64,000 nucleotides of DNA from Alloascoidea hylecoeti. Taxonomy: Eukaryota. Both the position numbers and the translations under genes were made by a program. Positions 48,498 through 59,886 of the stretch are shown piece after piece (position 1 is the first letter of the stretch; each line of letters begins with the position of its first letter). The notes under the pieces are model-generated. The model had not been told where the DNA came from and made no database searches. It saw only the letters and a list, made by a program, of their open reading frames with translations. The stretch lies in assembly GCA_001600815.1 (NCBI GenBank), contig BCKZ01000002.1, forward strand, positions 1,372,294 to 1,436,293. Direction: 5' to 3'.

Positions 48498-48888
48498 TAT
48501 AAGTGTGCACTTATTGAATTTAATTCAAATTACATGAAAAATACTACACGAATTGCCAATAACAATATATAGATGATTTTTGAGGGATTCGTATTTGTTA
48601 ATACAAAGATTAGAAATGCATCGGAGATCCTATAGCTGATCATAATAATAATCATAATCTATAATGAACTTACTATAACGTAACTATAGTAGTGATCATT
48701 GCTACCCAATTGCAAGAGTCAAGACACTCAAACATCAAATTGGAATGACTGAATTTAAGAGCAGACAATGAGTTTAACTTGATATACAAACGATACATTA
48801 ATATTAATATGTACCGAATTTAAAAGTCACTTTCAAACAATCATTCAGCTATTGTCATAATATAATTCTAAAGTGTATGTCGTGCTGC

Positions 48889-49202
48889 TGTCTCAAACAC
48901 TATTTTGGTAATAAGTTCCGGGATAGTAGCTTGATTCAGTCGAATTGTATCATTCTTTTAACAAACCTCCTTTTTAATAGAAAAGATTAAGAAGAAACCC
49001 TTGGTTGATTAGACTTATTTTATAAACTACTACATTGAGTATCTATGGTAAAAGGACTATTGCTTATTCTAGTTTGAGGTTATCGAGTGTTAGTATAGAA
49101 GAGTGATCCACAGTTTCTCTTTTTGGTTGAGGAGTTATTCTAGCCAGGCACATTTCCTTTTTCCTTTCTAATTATATTTATATAATATATAAGGTACTGA
49201 CA
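48889..49202. mobile_element. Possible solo-LTR-like insertion (about 314 bp, TGTC...GACA)
   Basis: Extra sequence in unit 2 relative to unit 1 (site near 43850). TG..CA ends. TSD imperfect. Confidence 0.3.
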
Positions 49203-49314
49203 TGTGCATGTCATGCGTTAGGATTCGATATGCATATGTGAATATATAAAAACATAGTTGAATAAATACAATAAATATGAATATCATTTTATTTTAATAA
49301 AATATGAATCATAA

Positions 49315-50850
49315 TTATAAGGTATATCTGAAATAGGGATTTTCAAAATCAGTTAAATCTTCAAATTCAATATTTTGAACATTGTTTAATTTCAACTGTT
49401 CGACTAATCTAGATTCTTCTCTATCTCTTCTTTTGTTATCACTCCAATTCAAATAATAAATTATGAAAAGTATCACAGTAGATATTGCAAAACAAACAAC
49501 TATTACAACTTTCGCTCCTTTATAATGAGGTGCATCACTATCTCTAAATGTCTGAGGTCCAATCACATTTCCAATGCAATATCCAATTAAATATAACGCA
49601 TTGACGGTTATTTTCTTAGTATGTCCCGCTGTATTTGCAGAGAAACATGATAGAAGGCAAATGAGTGNANNNGNTGCCANATTGACTAAATACAACCCCG
49701 CCAATCTAACTTCTTTNGTAGTTGAAAAAGCAAACATACAAACTGCTGCTTCNANTANAAGNANNACAAAGCATGCAATGCTCATTCGATGTGGAACCCA
49801 AAGAGAAACAAACCCAAATAAAGAGCATCCAACAAGCTCTACTGCTCCTCCAGGCATTCCCATTAAAAATGCTTTTAATGTTCCATATCCAAAGTCTTCA
49901 GTTAAGATAATCGATCCAAAGGTCGCAAATCCACCGTTTGGAATATTGCTTGCAATACCCTCAATAAAAGAAAGATATGTTCTGGGATCTTTGAATGCTT
50001 CAATAAATTGATATTTCTTGAAATGTATATTTCCAAAGCCTTGCTGATTACCTTTGATTCTAGCTGTCACTTGCTTCCTTTCCAATTCGGTCAGAAACCA
50101 AGCCTTTGAAGGAATATCTGGAATATGAAAATATAAAATAACCGAAAGAACAATTGTATAAATACCAAAAACAATATATAAAATTCTCCATGCTTCAATA
50201 CTGTAATCATTTTGTCTTTTGTAAAGACCATATGAAATTGATGACCCCATCAGCCCTCCAAATCCATTAGAAGCAAACCATAGTGAAGTTCTCAAAAATT
50301 GTTCCTCTTTCTTATACCATTGAGAAGTTATGATAACAAATGCAGGTGTTACTGCTGATTCAAGCATTCCGAGTATAACTCTTAAAGTAAGGAATCCGGC
50401 ATATGTTTTAGGAATAGCATGAAGGCATAAAATTATCCCCCACAGTACCATGAAACAGCTTACTGTTTTCACAACTGGAAAACGCTGCAACAAAGTAGAG
50501 GAAGGAAACTCGAAGACTAAATATCCAAGATAAAATGCAGTCCCTGTCCAAGAGTACTGATTTGCGACCATGTGTAAATCGGTCCTTAGCCCCATAATTG
50601 CTGCACTAGAGTTTGTATTTTTATCCATAAATTGGCATGCATATAAAATACACATGAAGGGACAAATATAGAGATCAATTTTACGAAGTAACCTTTTATC
50701 TGTCTCTTCATCTATTACAATTTCATCATCATAATATTTTAATGCTTCATCCTCATCACCAAGATGAATCCTCGGATCTTTATCACCAGAACTTAAAACA
50801 GAAATATCAACATTGATATTCTTTTCAATTTCGTTTTCAGAATTAGTCAT
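49315..50850 (-). CDS. MFS allantoate/dipeptide permease family (Dal5-like), copy 2; contains ambiguous N bases
   Basis: Near-identical to copy 1. Retains NGFGG, IPNGG and GAVE. Ns at about 49668-49765. Confidence 0.9.
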   Translation of the reverse strand: MTNSENEIEKNINVDISVLSSGDKDPRIHLGDEDEALKYYDDEIVIDEETDKRLLRKIDLYICPFMCILYACQFMDKNTNSSAAIMGLRTDLHMVANQYSWTGTAFYLGYLVFEFPSSTLLQRFPVVKTVSCFMVLWGIILCLHAIPKTYAGFLTLRVILGMLESAVTPAFVIITSQWYKKEEQFLRTSLWFASNGFGGLMGSSISYGLYKRQNDYSIEAWRILYIVFGIYTIVLSVILYFHIPDIPSKAWFLTELERKQVTARIKGNQQGFGNIHFKKYQFIEAFKDPRTYLSFIEGIASNIPNGGFATFGSIILTEDFGYGTLKAFLMGMPGGAVELVGCSLFGFVSLWVPHRMSIACFXXLXXEAAVCMFAFSTXKEVRLAGLYLVNXAXXXLICLLSCFSANTAGHTKKITVNALYLIGYCIGNVIGPQTFRDSDAPHYKGAKVVIVVCFAISTVILFIIYYLNWSDNKRRDREESRLVEQLKLNNVQNIEFEDLTDFENPYFRYTL

Positions 50851-52355
50851 TTCCAAGTTTAATTAGTGGGTACCAGTTGCTTGTAGTTCTATTGTTTTTC
50901 TATAACCTTTCAATCACAGCTTCCAATTTAAAGCAGATCAACACAGTTAAATATAGGCCTATATATAGTCATTCAAAGTTTATCAATTGTAATGTATTGT
51001 TAATATTATATAGTCTATACTAAATTAGCTTTGATTTACTACAGAATTTTCACATATTAATATTGCTGCAATAATCAATTGCAATATTATTTTATGTTAT
51101 CAAGACATCGGGCCTATGTCTATAATATGCACATATATTTGATTATAATTATGATATATTAGCTATAGGCTAATATATCCTTATATATAATAATAGTCAG
51201 CGTTTTATCTATACGGTTAATGGATGTATAAAAATTATAGATCTATATATATTTGCAATTGATAATTTACTAACATTTTAGTATACCATATATATATGCA
51301 TATTTATTTATTTATTTGATTAACACAAAAATATGTATAATATTAAAAATGATCATGATTATACTCCAATATTAATACTAATATTAATTAATATTATCCC
51401 AAACATACAAATAGATTTTAGAACTTTACGTATGCCGTTGTAGAGTCTATACGTAAGTATAATCTGACATATTATGTACAGACTCAATTAAGAATATTAA
51501 TCCTAAAAGAGTTTAATTGTAAGCTTATATGTTGATAAATAATTTATAATAGACAACGGCTTACAGATAATTAGTAATTACTTATCTTAAGCTTTCGTAA
51601 AAGTTCTCCATTATTAATTATACTAAAATATTAAAATCACAGTACTTCACTGGCGCTAAATCTTAATTAGCTATAGATTTGCTAAATATTAAGCTAATAT
51701 TAAAATATTTTAATACTCTTTCAGTTATATTATAAGCTGTAATTGAAGCCTAGATCATGAACTAGAATGAGACGCAAGAAGTAAATTCACGTTAAAGATT
51801 TTGTCAATTTCAATCGTTAACGTTTACTGCTTAATTAGGTAAAACTTCGAAGAAGTTCGTACTTGAATCTAAATCCAATGTGCCAATAGGCCCAGTATTA
51901 ATCAAGACGATATCAATGTATGCAAAATAAAAGCATTACAATCAGCTAGCTATACATATAATTCTAATTATGAAATATAGCTGTACAACTATAGCGTTGC
52001 AATAATGAAATGGCTCCACCTCTTGTTTACAGAGGAGCTTTTAGCTTATACGGAAGTATCTAGAGCATGCTGGATATGTTAGATATGTTAAATATGTTTA
52101 TTAAATTTAGCCCATCCAAAGCAATTGGAAACTCCCATATTAAACTTCAATTTTTCTGGTTAAAATCCCTTTTTTATAAGAAAGTACTGCTATCGTTATC
52201 TTGAATTAATCATTTGAATTAGAAAAGATATGTAACTATCATTTTAAATAAGCTTTTACCGCATTTTTTAATGCATATCGGATCAAGTTTGAACTCACAT
52301 TTAAATATTTTTGGGTCACCACTCCAAATGAAATTTAAAATGGGAATATATTATA

Positions 52356-52900
52356 CAGCTACTGAATACTCTAAAAGGCCTTGAACTGTCCTTAACATGC
52401 TACATAATTTTTCGTAGGTTCTATAGATTCTATTAGTTTATAAAATGATATTTTAAGTCAAGTATTTAGTGTTAACCCTTAACGTCTACCTATTAAGGCT
52501 GGAGTATTATTACCCAACCACTTAGTGCAGTGAAGTACGACCACCTTTCCAAATTCCAACCTATATATGATAAGACTTACAGAACCATACTCCCTTGTAA
52601 TTGTAATATAAATATTTTGAGGTTTAAAGGTTTGGTCTGATTGTACGCGTAGTCGAGCAGACCAGGATCCTATAGTGGAACAAACATTAGTTACAACATC
52701 GCACCAAGTTACTAAGACTATATCTTTTTGACTATTCTCATTCAGAGAATGTCTTTTGCGTGCTGTAAATGTTCCATATACATGTACGTATTCTTTTAGA
52801 CGGGTTCCTTGGGTGGTCTTTGTAGTGGTGTTCCAAAGAAAAGCATACATCCACATACTACGTAGTTTAGTCTTGACCTGGTTCCAAACGTTCACGAATG
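52356..52900 (-). mobile_element. Degenerate Tc1/mariner transposon (copy B, internally deleted)
   Basis: TA|CAG terminus at 52356. taagacttacaga, aatattttgag.ttt.aagg..tggtctga and aatgttccatat..ggtggtcttt match 2138-2420. Peptide FKPQNIYITITREYGSVSLII resembles Tc1 P....TVKHGGGSVMVW. Confidence 0.7.
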
Positions 52901-55493
52901 TATTTTGAAACTAATTGCATATTGTACAGAATCACCACAAACGATTAACAAAGAAATACTGATCACTGATTATATGACGCCACCATTAAATTTGACCAAC
53001 TTTTTAGAGAATGAAAATAATTTGAACATCCCTCGCGCAAAATGTGACCACAACACCAAAATAAATCACTACGTAAGCTGGTATAAGCTTATCTTTTAAA
53101 TACGACAGAAGGAGATATGGCCAATGTAAAACATATCGTTTTTTTGACCCCATTTATACATTATGTGGGCCCTAAGATTTCGCATACCTTGCAAATAGCT
53201 AAAAAATCGGGCCGCGTTTGCATCATAATAATCTCATTACATGAATAACGCGCGTAAAAGTAATCAAACTTACCTTATCTAGCTGTGCATATGCATATTT
53301 AGCTGAGGTATTTCCTCATGACGTAATATGTACAGTTGCATGCATATTTAATGTTTGGATTTTCGTAGGGGAAATTGGCCCAATTAAGTGATGCGTACCA
53401 TATATAACTTACAGTAGCGTCAGTGTCGCCGTGCGTGGTATAACCAAATTACAATCAAAGCCGTTTATTCATATGCTGCGAGAAGGTAAAGTGGTTGTGG
53501 CGTATGAATATTATAGCTTTATAATTATAACGTTAATTAACGATTTTCTTTAAATCTTACAAATTTACAAATTTAAAGAAATTAATATTAAATCGATATC
53601 TAGGTATAATTATATGATATAATATTGCAATTGCATATAAAGGTAACCATAGATAACTGATATCGGTATTAATGACGATTCGGTGATCTCTAGAAAATTA
53701 GAAATGTATTAATATTTCAAGTTTTAGTATAGTATAATGCGCAATGTACATTTAGCCATTAACAACTTAACATAAGCTTATAATAGAAAGATTTCTTTTA
53801 AACAAATGAATGGTTGAGTATATACGAACTATGTGTTATAAGTTAACTGGTTATATTTTAGCGATCTTTTGCAATTGGTTAAACGTGTGGCTGATCTGTT
53901 AACATCGGGATTTTATAGCGCTTAAGAAAGTAAGTCTGATAAGTTTAATTACATGTATGAAAGTTTCGAATTCTCAATTTAATTGATCATTAATAAATTC
54001 TTCATATATATATGTCGGTAAAATATATACCTTGAAACAATACGGTAGAATTAAAAGTTGAAGTATTAGCTTCAAGAACAGATCTAGACAATAGCAATAA
54101 TTACATATGAGTTTCTATTACATTTACAGTCTTTTCACTTAATACTTGGTGGACTAATTATTCGGACATGTGATGCAATAATAATCGGACACTTGATCAC
54201 TAAAAAAATTGGATACAACTGTTAGGCGGCTTCAAAATAAAAGCCGTATAATGCTAATAAATAATTACCTACATTCAACCATATTTCGTACTATAACAGT
54301 AACATGGATTCCCCATACAGAAGAATTGTAACTAATAAGAGGTAACAAGTACCTTGGAATGATCTGCATTGAATACCCGGAAATCAATTGATACATCAGT
54401 GTGGATTGTGAAGATTTGCTCCAATTGCAATATCTTGTAGCAATTGCCACAATCAACGGAAAACAGTTAACGTTAATTACAGTACTGGTATTATTTATAT
54501 CCATACAATTGTATCGCGGCGAGGTTGGTTTGTTACACAAAAATCAATTAAAATTAAAGACCATGTTGAAACTAGTTACACCAACAAGTTGCACAACCTT
54601 TTGTTTCAAGAGTAGATAATACTGGATATCCAACACTCCCATGATGGCAGAGCAGAGATCACTTTCGTCCCCATATCCTTTACGTATAGCGCGCGATGTT
54701 GGCGTCGACCAAAAAGTCTCACCTCTTATCGGCTCAAGACTCAAGAGTAGATATCATCTTAATGAATATTCTTTATAATAGAATCATTCCACTTTCAATT
54801 ATCATCACACTTAGTACCAGAGAATTTCTAAAGGGGGAAACAGTTTTTGATTAAAGCATTATAATTCAATTGTGTAGCACAACATCACGTGGACCAACAT
54901 TGCAATTAAAATTGGAACTGTGGTTTCTTAAGTCATTTTGGTGAACCCAACCACTAGCGATAAATACACATTTATAAGGCCTTGATGGATCAATATCCTA
55001 TAATAATTGCAACCTCAAGTGTGGAGCAATAAGACCTTATATAGTATATGATAAATTATACGAATGGCCAAAATACCCCAAAACGAATGACTTGTCGACT
55101 ATTGAAACAGAATTTGAATCAATTCCTTATCCAATCCTCCAGTCAATTGATTGGAGAAAAATGACGATTTCTCGTAAAAATCCATTACATGGAACATCGT
55201 AGACGTATAATTATAAAGCTTTTAAATGTACAATTATATTACCATTTAGCCTGGCGCTGTATGGTGTCGCATCGACTGCAACTTATGTAATATTCAATTA
55301 GTATGGACAGAATGGAATGATAAGCAGTTGATATACGTAACTCTTTTTGAATACATGTCTTGCTTCAAAACACTCACTTACACTATTGATAAAAAATATA
55401 TATCTCAAGTTTTGTTAACCCTAACTTAAAGCTCTATTGTCTTAAAAGACCCGGAACACCTCATTTTTAATTTCTTTGAATATTATCTTCATC

Positions 55494-56471
55494 ATGACCT
55501 CACGATCTCAGACATCCACAAACTTTGATAAAAGTACATCTGGAACCTCGAATATTATCAGATTTAATTCTCGATCAACAAGAACAGATCTAGGCTTTTC
55601 ACAATCGCCCACACGTACATTCCCGGACCGCCTGGATGAGTATGATAATTCTCAAACAAGTCCTTCTGCAAATGTAACCCTTTTAAGTGTTGAGTCACAA
55701 GAAAATCCACAAGCAATGAGCACATCAAGTGTTATTGATAATTTACAAACAACAATCGATAGACTCAAAAGAGAACATGATATAGTAAAAGAGGAAGCTC
55801 AAGAGTATCAAAAATCAAATAATGTTTTCAAGAAAAAAGTTGAAAATTTGAGTACGCAGTTGGCTACCATTACACATCAGAATGAATCTCTCAGCGGTAT
55901 TCTTAAACGTAAAGATCGAAAAATTGAAGAGCTAGACACATCTGCCTCAGAACTAAATGAAAAATATAGTCAACAATCAACAAAAGAAGAGGATCTTGGT
56001 ATAAAATCAACCACTTTGGAGAAAGAAATTGAAAATGTCGAAAAGGAGAAAATACGCCTTAAAAAAGCATACGAAACTGTTATAGAAGGCCAAAAGGATA
56101 TGAAAACCCATTTCAGAGAAGAATGTTTACAACTTAGTAATAAGCTTGTTGATCTTGTCGAAGAACAAAAAGTAAATTTGCAATTGATAAATAAATATAA
56201 TGAACGTATTCAAGAACAAGAGATCAAACAAAAAGAGATTTTAGAAGAGAATCAAAGGTTAAGGGAGTTAAATCAACAACGAGAAGAAAGTCTTATATCA
56301 TCAATACGAAAATTACAAGCTGAAAATGTAAGACAGAAAGAATCTGCTAATCCTATTATTAATCAATGTTCAAACCTTTTGGAAGAAATTGCGGCTACGA
56401 AGAATGGTTTCGTAACACAAGGATCCTGGGATACCTTACACGAGCTTCAAAAACTTTATTCTAATAACTAG
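55494..56471 (+). CDS. Coiled-coil protein with She3-like N-terminal domain
   Basis: SSVIDNLQTTID and NESLSGILKRKDRKIEEL resemble She3 SRVIESLHDQID and NENLNSIFERKNKKLKEL. ATG at 55494. Confidence 0.6.
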   Translation: MTSRSQTSTNFDKSTSGTSNIIRFNSRSTRTDLGFSQSPTRTFPDRLDEYDNSQTSPSANVTLLSVESQENPQAMSTSSVIDNLQTTIDRLKREHDIVKEEAQEYQKSNNVFKKKVENLSTQLATITHQNESLSGILKRKDRKIEELDTSASELNEKYSQQSTKEEDLGIKSTTLEKEIENVEKEKIRLKKAYETVIEGQKDMKTHFREECLQLSNKLVDLVEEQKVNLQLINKYNERIQEQEIKQKEILEENQRLRELNQQREESLISSIRKLQAENVRQKESANPIINQCSNLLEEIAATKNGFVTQGSWDTLHELQKLYSNN

Positions 56472-56608
56472 AGTCTAAATTTTAATTACTGTTTAAAACG
56501 GTATACAATTTTATTTCGATGATACATAGTTCTTTTTCATTCTTTTTTCAATTTCATTTGCTATTTTTAATAATTCTTTAACTTATGGTATATTGATTTT
56601 TTTATGTT

Positions 56609-57898
56609 CTAGTATACAGTGAAAATTGATATAGTACCATTCTTATTTGCAATAGACAGCCAATGCTTTGATACTGTCAATAACTCTCGTTTACTATTTC
56701 CCATTAGTGATATTGATAATTGTGAATTGAATTCATTTGTATTTTTACTCTTTTCTGTTAATAAATTTTGAGTTGTTACTTGAAGTTTACTAAATAGTCC
56801 TAAAATAGGTTTATCTGATTTCGCCTTGGGTTTCTTTTCATCTCTAGTTTGTGAAGTTTTATTTGTAGTTGTGAAAACTGCTAGTGGTTTAAATTTATTA
56901 TACCTAAATATTCGAACGTTTCCATCCCAGCCAACTGCTACAACCAATTTGCCATCCGATCTAATATCAATACTTGGAAATCCATTATGATGAATATTAA
57001 TGATCTCCTTTTCAAACTGGAATTGTGAACCATTTAAATCATTTATAACTAGTGTATATTTTATAATATTTGAACCAGCACTCGTTGTTAATAGTTCGAA
57101 CTTATCGGGATTAATAGCTATACTAAGAACAGGTTGATTATGTGAATTATCAAGATATATGAATTTGCTTGATTCATTGAACATGGATTGATAAGAAGCA
57201 TCTCCAGGATTAACGGGATTGATTTTATATATGATAACATGACCAGACTCATAACCGGCGACTATGAACTTTTGATTCTCAAACTTTACTAGCCTTATAA
57301 CCATAACAACTCCATGTTTAATTTCATCTGCTTGAAATGATGATGGCGATGGGGCTATAGGACCGTACACTCTATTTCCGGTTGTTACATCATAAACATC
57401 AATCTTTTCTGAATCGATATTGTTTGGAGTTGCTAAATAATGATCATAACTAGATACTGAACAGAAATTTAAAGCATTTATTGATTGTGAATATATCATC
57501 CATGGCTTTTTCCAGTTATCCGATTCTTTCTCCAATGATGGTAGCATGTCATCTAAATCAAGAGTTTTAAACCCTTCTTCATGTTGTTCTAGAATCCTGA
57601 ATATAAATAACTTGTTGTCTTTCCCATGCGTAACGATACAATCAAATTTATGAGCATCATAAGATATTTGTTGAATAGTGAGAATGGAATTCTTATGAGC
57701 TCGCCAAACCCCTAAAGGTCGATGGGTAACAAGGGACCACCAAATACACCAACCCGCTTCATCACCTGTGATTAAAGTAGGAAGTAGTGATTTTTGATCA
57801 GTTAAAGGGATATAAAAATATTGTATTGCGGTCACCGGATGTAAATGACCACGCAATACAAACTGTGGAGGAGGGAATTGTTGGCTTCCATGTGGCAT
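56609..57898 (-). CDS. ASA1: WD40 protein Asa1 (ASTRA complex/GNB1L-like)
   Basis: PQFVLRGH, TGDEAGWCIWWSLVTHRPLGVWRAH, NALNFC, GYESG and IRSDGKLV..GWDG.VRIF. Confidence 0.8.
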   Translation of the reverse strand: MPHGSQQFPPPQFVLRGHLHPVTAIQYFYIPLTDQKSLLPTLITGDEAGWCIWWSLVTHRPLGVWRAHKNSILTIQQISYDAHKFDCIVTHGKDNKLFIFRILEQHEEGFKTLDLDDMLPSLEKESDNWKKPWMIYSQSINALNFCSVSSYDHYLATPNNIDSEKIDVYDVTTGNRVYGPIAPSPSSFQADEIKHGVVMVIRLVKFENQKFIVAGYESGHVIIYKINPVNPGDASYQSMFNESSKFIYLDNSHNQPVLSIAINPDKFELLTTSAGSNIIKYTLVINDLNGSQFQFEKEIINIHHNGFPSIDIRSDGKLVVAVGWDGNVRIFRYNKFKPLAVFTTTNKTSQTRDEKKPKAKSDKPILGLFSKLQVTTQNLLTEKSKNTNEFNSQLSISLMGNSKRELLTVSKHWLSIANKNGTISIFTVY

Positions 57899-58113
57899 GA
57901 GAAATGATTACGGCCTCCATAACTTCTTGGTATATTTAATTTTGGAGTTGATATTTGATGCACAAGTCTCTACGCGTAGCGGCGGATATGCACCAACAAT
58001 AGATAAAACCTCATTTTTGATGCATTTCGCTTCATTCTTTTCTACTCCATCTTATTTTCCCAGTCTATTCTTCTAAAAGCAGCGCTATAGAGTGTTTAGT
58101 TCGTTGTTATTTT

Positions 58114-58567
58114 ATGTCTACATCCATCGAAAACCTTAAGCAATTTGGTATGTGTTAACTCGTCTGACGTCAGGAGAAAACATCATGAGAGATCGTAGAT
58201 TACGTGATGACTGAATGACTGAATGGCATTATTTTCATTGCCTTACACAACTAACCTTCATATATTAGATCCTTTCGCCGATACTGGTGACGACGATACA
58301 CAAGCAACAAACTACATTCATATTCGTATCCAACAACGTAATGGTCGCAAAACCCTTACAACAGTCCAGGGCTTACCCGATGAGTATGATTTGAAACGTA
58401 TCCTTAAAGTTTTGAAGAAAGACTTTGCCTGCAATGGCAATATCGTGAAGGATAAAGATTTGGGTGATGTTATTCAACTTCAAGGCGACCAACGTGTCAA
58501 GGTATCCCAATTTCTTGTGACCCAACTCAATCTCCAAAAGAAGAACATTAAACTTCATGGTTTCTAA
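58114..58567 (+). CDS. SUI1: Translation initiation factor eIF1; intron 58148-58268
   Basis: MSTSIENLKQF|DPFADTG..YIHIRIQQRNGRKTLTTVQG..DFACNG..IQLQGDQR..HGF. Intron GTATGT..AACTAAC..TAG. Confidence 0.97.
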
Positions 58568-58959
58568 GATGTATCCTTCTATTGAATTTGATGAACACAA
58601 TCACATACTTATTTGTTGGATTTATCCGTTCTGACGATCTTCTGAAACTGAAGAAAAAAAAAGTGTTTGTGGGGTCTAGACTTTTATAATCTTTATCAAT
58701 TAGTCAATTTTTGTTTATTGAGAGTTGTCGATCTTTCATAATTAAGATTTATTTAAATTTAAGACGTCATGTTGTGAGTTGTAAATTATATTGATACTAT
58801 TAATCTCTAGAGTCTATACTTGCTAGCTATAGTAACAAAACCTCTCTACCTAATGATGATAGTATTAATATGCTTATTTACCTTTTAACATGTTCATACC
58901 GTATGTATATTGGTACTATATCTTGGAGGGCGAGTTTTGTACCTACCTCTATGTCGTAC

Positions 58960-59150
58960 TATCCGTTCGCATATGTACCATAATTAGGAATACAAGAGCA
59001 ATACAGGAGCTAAAGCATTTTTTAAAATTTAACAAAATTATCTTTTGTCTATTTGAAATGTAACAATTTTTGGTGAAACACGGGGGAATCTGGCATGCAA
59101 TTATTCTTTATAGATTTTAGAATTTTGAGGTGCCGTTCAGCAGTTGGAAT
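58960..59150 (+). repeat. Dispersed repeat, copy 2 (partner at about 26625-26800)
   Basis: See copy 1. Confidence 0.6.
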
Positions 59151-59886
59151 ATGTCGTGTAAAAATGGAGGTATGATAATATTGGTATGTTCTGCGTGATT
59201 CTCCATTTATACGATTTCATCGATGTTAAGAATAGCACAATCTTGGAACCCCCATTTAACACCAGAAGATGGCTCATTTAAGTTTCCCACTGGATCAAGT
59301 GATTTCTAGGACTCTGGCACATCTATGAAGTAGCGCCGGTAGAATTACAAACATATATAGAGCAAATGAGAAGCCTTCTCATCAGAAATCGAATATTCTT
59401 TCACAAAATCGGTCAACCACAAATATTTTGTTTATTAACCTCTTTATTGAGCCTTAATTACGTATCAAATGGATGTCACTGCACTTCTTCAATCTTCTAG
59501 ATTTAATGGTGATATATGTGTATACCTGGTTTTTGCAACCAGGAATCATATTTTTGGAGGTCAATACATGGGTTTGACACATATCATATAGCTTCTAGAG
59601 GTCAGCCTTCTGGACACGGAATTCCTAGCCAAACTGGCGTATGAAAACCACGATTATACGGTACAGCGTTTGAGAATCACATCACACTTTTTTTGTATTT
59701 TTGCACGAGACTATAAAGTTTATAGCTATGAATTTATTATTATATAATTATTATTTATTAAAAGGACAGCTAGAATACACAGGACTTTGAAATTATAGTT
59801 GAAGAGTAGCTAGTTAAAACTTTATGATACGATTGCAAATAATCATACTTTTAGGATTAATAGCCATACTATTCCATGGTTTTCAT

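Larger units (their letters stand above)
43060..51940. repeat. Tandem segmental duplication: unit 1 about 43060-46800, unit 2 about 46800-51940
   Basis: Non-coding flanks align: 43110/46830, 43270/47140, 43665/48695, 45520/50863, 46515/51642 and 46675/51843. Confidence 0.85.

Noticed and set aside
4884..57898. PIB2, RHB1 and ASA1 as a TOR-pathway gene cluster
   Set aside because: Separated by many unrelated genes. Likely coincidence.
58148..58268. Intronic C/D snoRNA in SUI1 (GTGATGA, CTGA)
   Set aside because: The C-like and D-like boxes are adjacent, leaving no guide region. An Infernal search would be needed.
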